Positions 21,017 through 36,618 of a DNA stretch of 59,661 bases are shown here, in pieces (position 1 is the stretch's first letter; the number at the start of each line of letters is the position of its first letter). Location: assembly GCA_049612785.1 (NCBI GenBank), contig JBMZBW010000003.1:1-59661 (forward strand). Direction: 5' to 3'. The DNA comes from Alphaproteobacteria bacterium (GTDB lineage Bacteria; Pseudomonadota; Alphaproteobacteria; UBA7985). Made by a program: the position numbers and the translations under genes. The notes under the pieces are model-generated. The model worked only from the letters and a program-made list of their open reading frames with translations. It was not told where the DNA came from and made no database searches.

Positions 21017-22095
21017 GCCTGATCGTTCTGGCTGCCGGAGGAACAGGCGGCCATGTATTTCCAGCAATGGCACTTGCCCGCGAGTTGACCGCTCGCGGGC
21101 ATGATTTGCATTTGCTGACCGATGCACGGGGGGTGCCGTACGCAAAGGATTTTGATCCCGATCAGATCACTGTAATCGCGGCGGGCGGACTGGTTTCTGG
21201 TGCGCCTCACAAGCGGGTTGGCGGGCTATTGCGGTTGGGGCGTGGTTATCTGCAGGCGCGCCGTCACCTAGCCCGATGGAAGCCCGCAGCGGTCGTTGGG
21301 TTCGGCGGATTTCCGTCTGCCCCACCCATGCTGGCCGCGCAGCACTTGAAGATCCCGACGCTGATGCATGAACAGAACGGCGTGATGGGACGGGCGAATG
21401 AGTTTGTTTCTCGCGGGGTGAAACAGATTTCGACCGCTTTCCCCACCGTCGAAGGCGTTCCTGCCGGTGTGCGCCACAAGCTGCGCACCGTTGGAAACCC
21501 GATCCGTTCGGACATCGTAGCAGTGGGCGAGCGGCCTTATCCAGCGGTTCAGGACCAAACCAACATACTCGTTTTCGGCGGGTCGCAGGGGGCTGCGGTA
21601 TTCTCCCGATTGATCCCGGACGCTTTGGCGCTGCTGTCAGATAGCCAGCGACAGAAAATCCGCCTCGTCGCTCAAATCCGAGACGAGAACCGAGCTGAGG
21701 CCGAGCCTAAGCTGCAGGCGCTTGGCTTGGGCGGTTTGGAAATTGCACCTTTCTTTTCGGACATGCCCGACCGCCTCGCGGCCGCACATTTGGTCGTCAG
21801 TCGCTCTGGCGCGACGACCGTGCATGAAATTGCAGCAGCGGGTCGCCCCGCGATCTTTGTTCCACTGACACTGCACAGGGACGACCAACAGGCCAAGAAT
21901 GCGCGCCTGTTAACGGACAGTGGCGCTGCCGTTCTTGTGCGAGAAGGAACCGACGCAGCCAGTGAATCCGCCTCGTATTTGACAAAAATTATAGATAATC
22001 CCTCGCACTTGTCAGACATGGCTTCGCTTGCCCGTTCAAATGCCCTATTGGGGGCAGCTGAAAAGCTTGCTGACATGGTTGAGCAGGAGATCTAA
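21013..22095 (+). CDS. murG: Lipid II GlcNAc transferase
   Basis: [37 protein letters not shown]; ATGA overlap with ftsW. Confidence 0.96.
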   Translation: MSLIVLAAGGTGGHVFPAMALARELTARGHDLHLLTDARGVPYAKDFDPDQITVIAAGGLVSGAPHKRVGGLLRLGRGYLQARRHLARWKPAAVVGFGGFPSAPPMLAAQHLKIPTLMHEQNGVMGRANEFVSRGVKQISTAFPTVEGVPAGVRHKLRTVGNPIRSDIVAVGERPYPAVQDQTNILVFGGSQGAAVFSRLIPDALALLSDSQRQKIRLVAQIRDENRAEAEPKLQALGLGGLEIAPFFSDMPDRLAAAHLVVSRSGATTVHEIAAAGRPAIFVPLTLHRDDQQAKNARLLTDSGAAVLVREGTDAASESASYLTKIIDNPSHLSDMASLARSNALLGAAEKLADMVEQEI

Positions 22096-22100
22096 GCGCT

Positions 22101-23540
22101 ATGGCATCATTGAATACTTCGATCCGGCACATGCCTCTGGATACTGGCGTCTTCCACTTTGTGGGGATCGGCGGCATCGGGATGTCAGGCATTGCCGAAG
22201 TGCTGAGAAACCTTGGTTATCAGGTTCAGGGCTCAGACATTGGTGAAAGCGCCAACGTCAAGCGCCTGCGCGAACTGGGGATCGAAGTTAAGATCGGCCA
22301 TGAAGCCGAACATGTCGAAAACGCTGCCGTGCTGGTGGTTTCCTCAGCAATTAAGCCTGACAACCCGGAATTGCTGGCCGCTCGCGCCCTTTCTCTGCCC
22401 GTTGTGCGCCGTGCCGACATGCTTGGCGAGTTGATGCGCCTCAAGTGGGCCGTTGCGGTGGGCGGCACCCACGGCAAGACGACCACAACGTCATTGATTG
22501 CCTGTCTGCTGGATGCCGGTGGCAAAGATCCGACGGTGATCAACGGCGGGATCATTAACGCCTATGGCACCAACGCGCGTTTGGGCGAAGGCGACTGGCT
22601 GGTTGCTGAAGCAGATGAAAGCGACGGTACCTTTACCCGACTTCCGGCAACCGTGTCTGTCGTGACCAACATCGACCCTGAGCACTTGGACCACTACGGC
22701 AGCGTTGATGCCCTGCATGAAGCCTTCCGCGCCTTTATGGGCAACATCCCGTTCTACGGTTTTGCCGTTGCCTGTACGGATGATGAGACCGTGCAAGGGC
22801 TGCTGCCCATGGTCGAAGACCGACGTGTTCTGACCTATGGCTTCAACCCACAAGCCGACCTGCGCGCGGTGAACGTTCGCAGCGAAGGGGCAGGCATGGT
22901 GTTTGACGTGCACGTCAGCGAGCGTGTCAGCGTTTCAGGCGCGAGCCATGTCATCGCCGATATCAAATTACCCATGTTTGGCGACCACAACGTGTCCAAC
23001 GCCGTTTCCGCCATTGCTGTGGCTCTGGAACTGGGTGTTGAACCGGAAGAAATCCAAAAGGGCTTTGAAGGGTTTGGCGGCGTGAAGCGGCGATTTACCA
23101 TTACCGGTGAGTGGAACGACGTCACCATCGTCGACGACTACGGCCACCACCCGGTTGAAATCGCTGCGGTGCTGAGAGCTGCGCGCCAGCGGGTGCAAAA
23201 CACTGGCGGAAAGATCCACGCGATCCACCAGCCGCACCGTTTTTCCCGCCTCAACGACCTGTTCGAAGACTTTTGCACCTGCTTCAACGAGGCTGACACC
23301 GTGATGATTGCAGATGTATTTGCGGCCGGCGAACCGCCCATCGAAGGCGTGAATGGTCCTGCATTGGTTTCAGGCATTCAAGCACGCGGACACCGCAGTG
23401 CGCGCCATATCAGCACAGAGGCCGAAATTACCGACTGGGTGCGCGAAAATGCACAGTCTGGCGATCTGGTCGTCTTCCTGGGCGCAGGCAACATTACGGC
23501 TTGGGCTAATGCCCTGCCAGAAACGCTGGCGAGAGACTGA
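22101..23540 (+). CDS. murC: UDP-MurNAc--L-Ala ligase
   Basis: [42 protein letters not shown]. Confidence 0.97.
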   Translation: MASLNTSIRHMPLDTGVFHFVGIGGIGMSGIAEVLRNLGYQVQGSDIGESANVKRLRELGIEVKIGHEAEHVENAAVLVVSSAIKPDNPELLAARALSLPVVRRADMLGELMRLKWAVAVGGTHGKTTTTSLIACLLDAGGKDPTVINGGIINAYGTNARLGEGDWLVAEADESDGTFTRLPATVSVVTNIDPEHLDHYGSVDALHEAFRAFMGNIPFYGFAVACTDDETVQGLLPMVEDRRVLTYGFNPQADLRAVNVRSEGAGMVFDVHVSERVSVSGASHVIADIKLPMFGDHNVSNAVSAIAVALELGVEPEEIQKGFEGFGGVKRRFTITGEWNDVTIVDDYGHHPVEIAAVLRAARQRVQNTGGKIHAIHQPHRFSRLNDLFEDFCTCFNEADTVMIADVFAAGEPPIEGVNGPALVSGIQARGHRSARHISTEAEITDWVRENAQSGDLVVFLGAGNITAWANALPETLARD

Positions 23541-23542
23541 CC

Positions 23543-24502
23543 GTGACCTCGCTGGTTGATCGATTGCCCGATGTCAGGGGCAGCTACCGCGAAAACCATG
23601 AAATCGCTCCGCTGACATGGTTTCGGGTCGGCGGTCCGGCGCAAGTTTTCTTTCGTCCCGCGGACCCCGAAGACCTTGCCCACTTCATCGCAAACAAACC
23701 TGCGGATATCCCCGTCTACACTCTCGGCGTGGGGTCCAATACCCTGTTGCGGGATGGAGGTTTCCCCGGTGTGGTGATCCGTTTGGGGGGCAAGGAATTT
23801 GGGCGCATCGAAATCGATGGAACCAGACTGACCGCGGGGGCTGCAGCGCTGGACGCCAGCGTCGCAAAAACTGCCGCTCGTGAAGGGCTTCAGGGACTGG
23901 GCTTCTATGTTGGTGTTCCGGGCACCATTGGCGGAGCTCTACGGATGAACGCAGGCGCACATGGCGGGGACACAAGGCAGCATCTTGTATCGGCCAAGGC
24001 GCTGTCACCCGCGGGGGAAATCGTTGATCTTACCGTCGAACAACTCGGGTTGAGTTACCGACATTGCGATTTGCCCACTGACTGGATGTTTCTCTCTGCG
24101 ACCTTCGAATGCGAGCCTGGCGATCCTGATAAACTTCAGGACGAATTAACGCAGGTTCAGGAAGCCCGCGAAGCAACCCAACCGATACGAGAGAAAACGG
24201 GCGGTTCCACCTTCAAAAACCCACCTGAAACTGCGCCTCACGGCCCCTCAGCGTGGAAACACGTGGATGCCGCAGGGTGCCGCGGCCTGCAGATTGGCGG
24301 GGCGCAAGTCTCTGAGAAACATTGTAATTTTCTGATCAACACGGGTGAAGCCACCGCTTACGACATTGAACAGTTGGGCGAGACCGTTCGCACCCGCGTC
24401 TATGAGAACAGTGGCGTTCTGCTGCACTGGGAAATCCGCCGCTTGGGTGACTTTGCGCCGGGTCGCGCCGTGAAAACAGCTGAGGAGAGTCTGGGACTGT
24501 GA
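23543..24502 (+). CDS. murB: UDP-N-acetylenolpyruvoylglucosamine reductase
   Basis: TWFRVGGPA, GSN, PGTIGGALRMNAGA, GSTFKNP, SEKHCNFLIN. Confidence 0.96.
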   Translation: MTSLVDRLPDVRGSYRENHEIAPLTWFRVGGPAQVFFRPADPEDLAHFIANKPADIPVYTLGVGSNTLLRDGGFPGVVIRLGGKEFGRIEIDGTRLTAGAAALDASVAKTAAREGLQGLGFYVGVPGTIGGALRMNAGAHGGDTRQHLVSAKALSPAGEIVDLTVEQLGLSYRHCDLPTDWMFLSATFECEPGDPDKLQDELTQVQEAREATQPIREKTGGSTFKNPPETAPHGPSAWKHVDAAGCRGLQIGGAQVSEKHCNFLINTGEATAYDIEQLGETVRTRVYENSGVLLHWEIRRLGDFAPGRAVKTAEESLGL

Positions 24503-25422
24503 GCAAGACCGTACTCCTGCTGCTTGGCGGCTTATCAGCAGAACGCGAAGTTTCACTGGCCAGCGCTGCCCCCGTAAAAACAGCGCTTGAGGCTGGCGGC
24601 TATCGCGTGATCCCCTTCGACCCCGGCTGGGACGTCGGTGAGAAACTGCCGGGCGCTTTGGCAGGTGTGGACGTCGTGTTTAACGCGCTGCACGGCAAAT
24701 GGGGTGAGGATGGCAATATTCAGGGCATCCTGAACTTCTCAAAGGTGCCTTATACGCACTCCGGGGTTCTTGCTTCGTCGTTGGCAATGGACAAGCAACT
24801 GTCGAAGCACATCTTTGCCGCTGCGGGGATTCCGGTTGTACGCGACGTATCCGTCACGTTGGATGATTTGCAAGCAGGCGACCCCCTGCCCAGACCCTTT
24901 GTTATCAAACCGGCGCAAGAAGGTTCGTCAGTTGGCGTCAAAATCGTGATGCCGGGTGATAATTTGGACCTGAGCGGACTGGAGCAGTATGGCGCGTTGA
25001 TGGCAGAGGAGTTTGTACCGGGACGCGAACTGACAGTCTCAGTCCTGCAAGCCAAGGGCGAGAGCCCCCGTGCGCTCGCCGTGACTGAGCTCAAGCCCAA
25101 AACTGCTTTTTACGATTATGAAGCCAAATACAGCGCAGATGCCCAGACCGAGCACATCGTCAATCCAACTGATCTTCCAGAGACCATAAATCACCAGTTA
25201 TTACGCTGGTCAGAGACGGCGCACGCGGCCCTTGGATGTCGCGGAGCCAGTCGAGCTGACTACCGATATGATCACGACTCTGGCCGAATCGCGATTCTTG
25301 AGGTAAATACACAGCCGGGGCTGACACCGCTCAGCCTCTTGCCGGAGCAAGCTTTAGCGACGGGAATGGATTTTAAAGCCCTTGTGGCATGGATGGTTGA
25401 AAACGCGGCATGCGACGCCTGA
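24499..25422 (+). CDS. ddl: D-alanine--D-alanine ligase
   Basis: GGLSAEREVS, LHGKWGEDG, GSSVGV, FYDYEAKY (D-Ala-D-Ala type), LEVNTQPG. Confidence 0.96.
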   Translation: MSKTVLLLLGGLSAEREVSLASAAPVKTALEAGGYRVIPFDPGWDVGEKLPGALAGVDVVFNALHGKWGEDGNIQGILNFSKVPYTHSGVLASSLAMDKQLSKHIFAAAGIPVVRDVSVTLDDLQAGDPLPRPFVIKPAQEGSSVGVKIVMPGDNLDLSGLEQYGALMAEEFVPGRELTVSVLQAKGESPRALAVTELKPKTAFYDYEAKYSADAQTEHIVNPTDLPETINHQLLRWSETAHAALGCRGASRADYRYDHDSGRIAILEVNTQPGLTPLSLLPEQALATGMDFKALVAWMVENAACDA

Positions 25423-26450
25423 TTGGATTTTGGCGGAAAAACGGACACGTCGAAGCCTCTACGGAGGCGCATAAGGTCAATTATGACGACCACAAGCGCG
25501 ATGGTGTTTCGGATTACGCCCGTTACGAAGAAGAAGTCCCTGAATCTGCGCTGGAACAGCGGCGCAGAAAGCTGAACCGTGAATCCCGTCATCGGCGGAT
25601 TTCAGGTTTCCTGCGCGTGGCCAGTCCTCTGGTCCTGGCCGTGGCAATCATAAGCGCGGCAGCGTGGAGCTGGTACAGCGGCAGAATGGATATCGCGAGC
25701 ATCCGCGGTGCCCAAGCCGCTCAAATTGCCGGTTCCGCCGTTGGGCTGCGTATTGAAGAATTCTCCATTTCTGGCCGCCGGTACACGCGCGAATCTGACA
25801 TTGTTGCTGCTGTTGGCGCTTACTATGGCGACCCCATCCTCGCCATCGACCCCACCGACGCCAAGCTGCGGATTGAAGGTCTGCCTTGGGTGGAGCGGGC
25901 AGAAGTTGAGCGCATCTTGCCCAAAACCATCTCCGTCAATGTCATTGAGCGCATCCCAATGGCCATTTGGCAGAGCAACGATCTGCATCAGGTCATCGAC
26001 ACGCGAGGGGAAGTCATCATCGACCAATCCCCATCCGATTTCCTCGACTTGCCAGTGGTTTCAGGGGACGGCGCTGCGGACGCGGCCGCTGAACTCGTTT
26101 CGGTGTTGAATATTGTTCCCTCCATCCGACAGTACGTGGTTGCTGCGGAACGTCGGGGGGATCGCCGGTGGGACTTGTTCCTGACGCTGGGCATCAAAGT
26201 GCAGTTACCGGGCGAAAATGCGGACCTGGCTTTGCGACGCCTCTCGGACGCAGAAGGTCGCTTTGGCCTGTTTAACCGGGATATTGTGAATATCGACCTA
26301 AGGGTTCCTGATCGGATGATCGTTCGCAAGCGAAACGAATCCGAAGAAGATGGTCGTGATTTGTTCTCAACTAAAAAACATGTTTCCACGTTTTTTCAGG
26401 ATAGTAGCGAAAATAGCTTAACTACTGATGAAGATTCGTTTACATTATAA
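25410..26450 (+). CDS. ftsQ: Cell division protein FtsQ
   Basis: TM helix, POTRA-like LPWVERAEVER.LP, RRWDL, IDLRVPDR; lies between ddl and ftsA; start uncertain. Confidence 0.9.
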   Translation: MRRLIGFWRKNGHVEASTEAHKVNYDDHKRDGVSDYARYEEEVPESALEQRRRKLNRESRHRRISGFLRVASPLVLAVAIISAAAWSWYSGRMDIASIRGAQAAQIAGSAVGLRIEEFSISGRRYTRESDIVAAVGAYYGDPILAIDPTDAKLRIEGLPWVERAEVERILPKTISVNVIERIPMAIWQSNDLHQVIDTRGEVIIDQSPSDFLDLPVVSGDGAADAAAELVSVLNIVPSIRQYVVAAERRGDRRWDLFLTLGIKVQLPGENADLALRRLSDAEGRFGLFNRDIVNIDLRVPDRMIVRKRNESEEDGRDLFSTKKHVSTFFQDSSENSLTTDEDSFTL

Positions 26451-26577
26451 GGCGTGGTGGAGTCCTCCCGGTTTTTAGGGGCGGACTCAAGCTGGAATCT
26501 GCTGTTTTCGCAGACCGTTTTTTGAATGAATTTTACGTCCGTTTTGGGCGTGTATTTGATGGAATAATTTTAAGTCT

Positions 26578-27861
26578 ATGCGAACGTCTCGTTCACATCG
26601 CGGCTTATACGGGGTCTTAGACGTAGGTTCGTCAAAGATTTCTTGCCTCGTTATAAACGCAACCAACCCTCGTTCACCCAAAGTGCTTGGCGTGGGACAC
26701 CGCGCGTCGAAAGGCATGCGTGGCGGTGAGGTTGTGGACATGGACGCCGCCAAGGAAGCGATCCTGGCAACCGTGACGGATGCCGAGGAAGCCGCTGGAC
26801 TGACCATCGAAGACATCTTTGTGTGCTACTCGGGCGGTAAGCCGAGAAGTCAGCTTGTTGACCTCGAAATCGATGTCAGCGGGCACGCTGTGAACGATAC
26901 GCACGTGAATGCCTTGCTGAGCTACGCGACGCAGGCGCTGCCTTTTGAGCAGGAAAGCGTGCGCCCCATGCACCGCCTGCACACCCTGCCCGTCGATTAC
27001 CGTGTTGACCGGAATCACGGGATCAGTGACCCCCGCGGCATGACGGCTGAGCGTCTTGGCTCGCGGCTTCTTGCTGTTTCTGTCTCACGATCCAGCCTCG
27101 ACAACATCATCGACGCCATCGACAAATGCCATCTGACGATCCGTGGTGTCATGGTTGGCGGTCTTGCCAGCCATTATGCTGTTGTGACCGAGGAAGAAAT
27201 GCAACTGGGCGCTTGCCTGGTCGAGATCGGCGCTTCTGTTTCAACCCTTGTCGTGTTCAATGGGGGTGGTGCGGTCCATCTGGAAACGCTTCCGATTGGC
27301 TCCGACCACCTGACACGTGACATCGCTGAAATGCTTAACTGCAATATAGCTGCAGCTGAGCGCATCAAAACACTGTACGGGTCAGCCTTGAGCAACCCAT
27401 CCGACAATGACCGCGAAATTCGCCTTCCCAAGGAAGCCATGAACGGTGGTTTGGTCGGCAGTGACCGGATTACCAAGTCGTTTGTTGTCAGCTACATGCA
27501 ACCACGCATCGATGAAATGCTGACCATGATCAAGCGACGCATCGAAAATCCGAACCTTCGTAAATTTGCGGGACGCCGGGTGATTTTTACCGGCGGTGGC
27601 GCGAACCTGACAGGACTCCGCGACTACGCAACTTTGGCGCTTGAGCGTCAAATTCGAATTGGACGACCACAGGCGATGCAGGGTTTGCCTGCATCCCGCG
27701 CTGGTTATGAACTCTCCGCAGCTTTGGGCCTGGCGCATTTCACCGCCACTGCAGGCACCAAGGCCGCTCAGAGCTCTTTGGGATCAGCGCAGCTGCCCCA
27801 AAAGTCCATGCTTCAGTCCATACCGTTGGTGGGTGGGCTTTTTTCAAAGAGGGCGGCTTAA
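26578..27861 (+). CDS. ftsA: Cell division protein FtsA (divergent)
   Basis: LDVGSSKI, AERIK, TGGGA, RIGRP; C-terminal amphipathic segment; lies before ftsZ. Confidence 0.92.
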   Translation: MRTSRSHRGLYGVLDVGSSKISCLVINATNPRSPKVLGVGHRASKGMRGGEVVDMDAAKEAILATVTDAEEAAGLTIEDIFVCYSGGKPRSQLVDLEIDVSGHAVNDTHVNALLSYATQALPFEQESVRPMHRLHTLPVDYRVDRNHGISDPRGMTAERLGSRLLAVSVSRSSLDNIIDAIDKCHLTIRGVMVGGLASHYAVVTEEEMQLGACLVEIGASVSTLVVFNGGGAVHLETLPIGSDHLTRDIAEMLNCNIAAAERIKTLYGSALSNPSDNDREIRLPKEAMNGGLVGSDRITKSFVVSYMQPRIDEMLTMIKRRIENPNLRKFAGRRVIFTGGGANLTGLRDYATLALERQIRIGRPQAMQGLPASRAGYELSAALGLAHFTATAGTKAAQSSLGSAQLPQKSMLQSIPLVGGLFSKRAA

Positions 27862-27940
27862 AACGACTGTCCTCACAAATAATGAGACCAAAAAAGTATA
27901 GGCGGCTTGGAAGTCGCATAAAGTACTACTGGAGAATATT

Positions 27941-29923
27941 ATGTGTGCTCTAAAATTGGGCGTTCCAGATCAGAAATCGATATTTAAGCCACGAATTCTG
28001 GTCCTTGGCGTTGGTGGCGCCGGAGGCAATGCCGTTAACAACATGATTCAGGCAGACCTGCAGGGTGTAGAGTTTGCCGTCGCGAACACAGACGCACAGG
28101 CGCTAGAGATGTCTCTGAGCGATCGTCGTGTTCGTTTGGGTACAATGGCGACTCAAGGTCTGGGCGCAGGGGCCAACCCGATGGTTGGACGCGCCGCCGC
28201 AGAGGAATCGCTGCAAGATGTTCTCGACGAAATCGGCGACGTGAACATGGTCTTCATTACTGCCGGTATGGGCGGCGGCACCGGTACTGGCGCTGCGCCC
28301 CTGATTGCTAAGGCATTGAAAGAGCGTGGTGTTTTGACCGTTGGCGTGGCGACGAAGCCCTTTGGCTTTGAAGGCGTGCTGCGCATGGGTCAGGCTGAAG
28401 AAGGGATCCAGCAGTTCGCGAGCGCTGTCGATACTCTGATCGTCATTCCGAACGAAAACCTCTTCCGCGTCGCCAACGAGCGCACGTCCTATGCCGACGC
28501 GCTGAAAATGGCAGATGAAGTGCTTTACGACGGCGTCCGCGCCATTTCTGACCTGATCGTTCGCCCGGGCAATATCAATTTGGACTTCGCAGATGTCCGC
28601 GCCCTGATGACTGTGATGGGCAAATCCATGATGGGAACAGGCGAGGCTGAAGGCGATAATCGCGCCGTTGAAGCGGCTGAGCTGGCGATTTCCAATCCTC
28701 TGCTCGACGACATCAATCTCGCTTCAGCCAAAGGCGTCCTTCTGAACATTTCAGGCGGCCCCGATCTGACCATGTATGAGGTCGACGAAGCGGCCAAGCG
28801 CATCACGCGCGAAGTCATGGAAAACAGCAACATCATCACCGGCACGTCAATTGATCCGAACCTCGAAGGCAGTTTGCGGGTTTCAGTTGTAGCCACCGGC
28901 ATTGATGAGGATGCATCTGCGAAAAGCAGTGCGCCTAGCAGCGCCTTTAGCCGCCCTGAGACGCAAACTGCGCCGGCTGCACCGCTGAAACCGCTGGCAC
29001 CAAAGTCTGTCCTGCCGCCCACCACGGCTGAACGTCTGCCGACGACAGCGGCTTCGCCATCTTCATTCAACATCACCGGTGCGGGTGGTGTCGTTCACAC
29101 GATTCAGGGCACGCCAGGAACAATGGAGTTCGCGCGCTCTGTTGCCAATCCGCCGAAGCGGAACCAGCCATTGTCGGCTTCTGACCGAGGCAGCATCGAC
29201 GAAGTTGCAGGTGCACCGATCGCCGCCCAAAAGCCGCGCAATCCGATTGCGCCTTTGCCTGAGTCCCTGCTGACCCCACCTGCGCGCAACGACATGATGG
29301 ATCTTCGCGATCTGCCTGCATCTCAGACTGCTGCAACGGCATCCGCTGCGATGCGGGATGAGCCTGCAGCGCCGCAGGCGCTCCAAACCTTCCGCGAAGC
29401 GCAGCCCGTGATGGCTGAAGTTCGGGAAAACAAGTTACTCCGCGCTCAGCACGAAGCCGCGCAGCGCCCCATGCCGACACCAGAGGCGATCCCGGCGCCA
29501 GCGCCAGCGCCAACAGCAGAGCCTGAGCCTCGCACACTTTTTGAACCACTCGTCACACCAGAAGCCGATACCGGCTATCAGGCTGAAGCTGACGGCATTG
29601 ATGACCTGTTCTATGATGAGGAGCCACAGCGTTCTTCCGGTCCATTGAGCCGCTTGTTCGACCTCGCGCGCGGTGGATTTTCGCCTCGCTCCAGCGCAGA
29701 AGACGTGCATGAAGCCGAGCTACGGCAAAGTGCGCATGAAAGCGGGTTTGATCGACTGAGAAGCACGGATCAAGGTCGACGTGAAACGGGTCGTGGCCTC
29801 AACCCAAGTGCGCAGCGGCCAGCTTTGACCAGCATCTCAACAACGCCAATGGACGGCCCGGACATGGATCTCGACGAATCAGAGATGAACATCCCGGCCT
29901 TCCTGCGTCGTCAGATTAATTAG
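27941..29923 (+). CDS. ftsZ: Cell division protein FtsZ with long disordered linker
   Basis: [34 protein letters not shown]-terminal IPAFLRRQ. Confidence 0.98.
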   Translation: MCALKLGVPDQKSIFKPRILVLGVGGAGGNAVNNMIQADLQGVEFAVANTDAQALEMSLSDRRVRLGTMATQGLGAGANPMVGRAAAEESLQDVLDEIGDVNMVFITAGMGGGTGTGAAPLIAKALKERGVLTVGVATKPFGFEGVLRMGQAEEGIQQFASAVDTLIVIPNENLFRVANERTSYADALKMADEVLYDGVRAISDLIVRPGNINLDFADVRALMTVMGKSMMGTGEAEGDNRAVEAAELAISNPLLDDINLASAKGVLLNISGGPDLTMYEVDEAAKRITREVMENSNIITGTSIDPNLEGSLRVSVVATGIDEDASAKSSAPSSAFSRPETQTAPAAPLKPLAPKSVLPPTTAERLPTTAASPSSFNITGAGGVVHTIQGTPGTMEFARSVANPPKRNQPLSASDRGSIDEVAGAPIAAQKPRNPIAPLPESLLTPPARNDMMDLRDLPASQTAATASAAMRDEPAAPQALQTFREAQPVMAEVRENKLLRAQHEAAQRPMPTPEAIPAPAPAPTAEPEPRTLFEPLVTPEADTGYQAEADGIDDLFYDEEPQRSSGPLSRLFDLARGGFSPRSSAEDVHEAELRQSAHESGFDRLRSTDQGRRETGRGLNPSAQRPALTSISTTPMDGPDMDLDESEMNIPAFLRRQIN

Positions 29924-29979
29924 GCGAGGATCACCCGCCTAAATCATATTTCCACCGACTTACCACCAATATTCTCCTC

Positions 29980-30018
29980 GGGGCGGGGTGCTAAAGCACT
30001 TCCGCCCCTTTCTTTTTC
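29980..30018 (+). terminator. Intrinsic terminator after ftsZ
   Basis: GGGGCGGGGTGCT-AA-AGCACTTCCGCCCC followed by TTTCTTTTT. Confidence 0.75.
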
Positions 30019-30066
30019 CAAAGGACTGGCGCAAACGAACAGGAACTTAAGCGAGCGGACGACTCT

Positions 30067-30981
30067 GTGATCTTTCAAAAAACTCTAGCCCAACCTTTGC
30101 GACTGGCCGGACTGACCCTTCATGCTGGTGTGCCGGTTTCCTGTACGATTTCCCCGGCAGCGGTCGGGAGAGGGCTGGTTTTTCGCCGCTTGGATGCCGT
30201 ACAGGAAGTGGCCGAGGTTCAGGTTTGCTCTGAAACAATCGTCGTAGCGCCGCTGTGTTCACGGATCGCAAACGAGGGCGGCACGAGTATTTCCACCCTC
30301 GAACACCTGATGGCTGCCTTTCGGATCCTAGGCATTAATAATGCTGAGATAACGCTCGACGGTCCTGAGGTTCCCATCCTGGACGGATCCAGCCTGCCCT
30401 GGGTTCGGGCCATGGAAGAGGCAGGTATCGAGGAGCAGGAAGCCACTGCCCCCGTGATCCGCCTCACCCGCACCTTGAGCGTCAGCAGCGGGGACAGCCA
30501 CGCGACCCTGACGCCAATGGCACCCGGAGAGACTTCGGAGACGTTTAGAGCCGACATCGAATTCGATGAGCCGAGCATTGGCGAACAGTCCTTCAGCGCT
30601 TCGACGGACCTACCCAACTTCATCGAAACTGTCGCTGCGGCCCGGAGTTTTGTTGTCTCCAGCCAACTGCCCAGTTTGCAGGCCAAAGGACTGATCCGCG
30701 GCGGTTCATTGCACAACGCTGTTGTTTTTGATCACAACGGCGTTCGCAATCCCGAAGGCTTGCGCTTTGCCAACGAGCCGGCCCGTCACAAGGTTCTGGA
30801 TGCCATTGGCGACATGTACCTTGGGGGCGTTCAGATCCTCGCGCATTATCACGGTGTTAAAGCCGGGCACGCCTTGCATGCTGCGCTTTTGAGATGCCTT
30901 TTCGCCGATGAATCAGCGTGGCAATGGGCGGACGAGGTGCCAAAGTCCAAAGTAGTGGCATTCAGAGCCGCACAGCGTTAA
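30067..30981 (+). CDS. lpxC: UDP-3-O-acyl-GlcNAc deacetylase
   Basis: QKTL, TLEHLMAA, EVPILDGS, GGSLHNA, RHKVLDAIGD, GH. Confidence 0.93.
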   Translation: MIFQKTLAQPLRLAGLTLHAGVPVSCTISPAAVGRGLVFRRLDAVQEVAEVQVCSETIVVAPLCSRIANEGGTSISTLEHLMAAFRILGINNAEITLDGPEVPILDGSSLPWVRAMEEAGIEEQEATAPVIRLTRTLSVSSGDSHATLTPMAPGETSETFRADIEFDEPSIGEQSFSASTDLPNFIETVAAARSFVVSSQLPSLQAKGLIRGGSLHNAVVFDHNGVRNPEGLRFANEPARHKVLDAIGDMYLGGVQILAHYHGVKAGHALHAALLRCLFADESAWQWADEVPKSKVVAFRAAQR

Positions 30982-31048
30982 AACGGCTGCGGAATTATGC
31001 GCTGCTGAGCCGGTCGCCGGCAGTGCCACAGAGGATGGTTCTTGGATT

Positions 31049-31870
31049 TTGAAAGCTCTCGTATCCGTTTTGACAGCTTGCTTGGCCGCAGCCCTGTTGA
31101 CGGCTTGTGAAGACCGGGAAGATCGCGTCGACCGCCTACAAATCGGGGCCAGCTCGATTGAAGAGCTTTCCATCGAAGCCCAGCGCTCGGCCAATGATGG
31201 CCGGATGATCGAAGCGGCACGCTTACTCGATGAAATCGACCGGCAGTTTCCAACGTCGCCTGAAGCCCCTCGCGCACTGATCCTCGCGGGTCGCTACTAC
31301 TTCGAAGGCCGCGAATACGAGCGCGCAACGGCTGTCCTGTCGCGCTTCATCCGCGATCATGGCGGGCACCCGGATATCGCTTACGCCTATTACCTGCGCG
31401 GGGTTTCATCCTACCGATCCGTTTCGGATGTCGATAAGGACGAAGGCGATACCGATAACGCGGCGGCTCATCTAAACGAGGTCATCAACCGTTTTGCAGG
31501 GACCGACTACGCTCTGGACGCCAGCGTGAAACTCAACGCCATCAAGAACCAGCGCGCCGCCAAAGAGCTGGTGACCGGAAAATTCTATCACCACCGCCGG
31601 GAGTACATGGCCGCACTCAACCGTTACCAGAACGTTCTTGTTGACTATTCCGACTCAACATACGTCGAAGAAGCGATGTATCGCGTTATCGAAGTTTACC
31701 GGTCGCTCGGGCTGAATGAAGAAGCCAGAAACACTGCTGTGATCCTTGGCCACAACTTCCCTGATAGCGAATGGTATTATAAGGCTTATGAGATTGTCGA
31801 AGGACCGCTTCCTAGCCATATTGAGAATGCCGGCGGCGGTTTTTGGAGTAACCTGAACCCCTTCGGCTAA
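31049..31870 (+). CDS. bamD: Outer-membrane assembly lipoprotein BamD
   Basis: Lipobox LTAC, TPR-like helices, YAYYLRG, AALNRY, EAMYR, NFPDSEWY; lpxC-bamD-recN-ligA order. Confidence 0.9.
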   Translation: MKALVSVLTACLAAALLTACEDREDRVDRLQIGASSIEELSIEAQRSANDGRMIEAARLLDEIDRQFPTSPEAPRALILAGRYYFEGREYERATAVLSRFIRDHGGHPDIAYAYYLRGVSSYRSVSDVDKDEGDTDNAAAHLNEVINRFAGTDYALDASVKLNAIKNQRAAKELVTGKFYHHRREYMAALNRYQNVLVDYSDSTYVEEAMYRVIEVYRSLGLNEEARNTAVILGHNFPDSEWYYKAYEIVEGPLPSHIENAGGGFWSNLNPFG

Positions 31871-31892
31871 TGTCCTGTTTAGAGGCGGCGCG

Positions 31893-36609
<4,717 letters not shown>

Positions 36610-36618
36610 GAAGGGTTC

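Noticed and set aside
25105-25135. D-Ala-D-Lac (vancomycin-resistance type) ligase
   Set aside because: The omega loop is FYDYEAKY, the D-Ala-D-Ala type, in the normal dcw position
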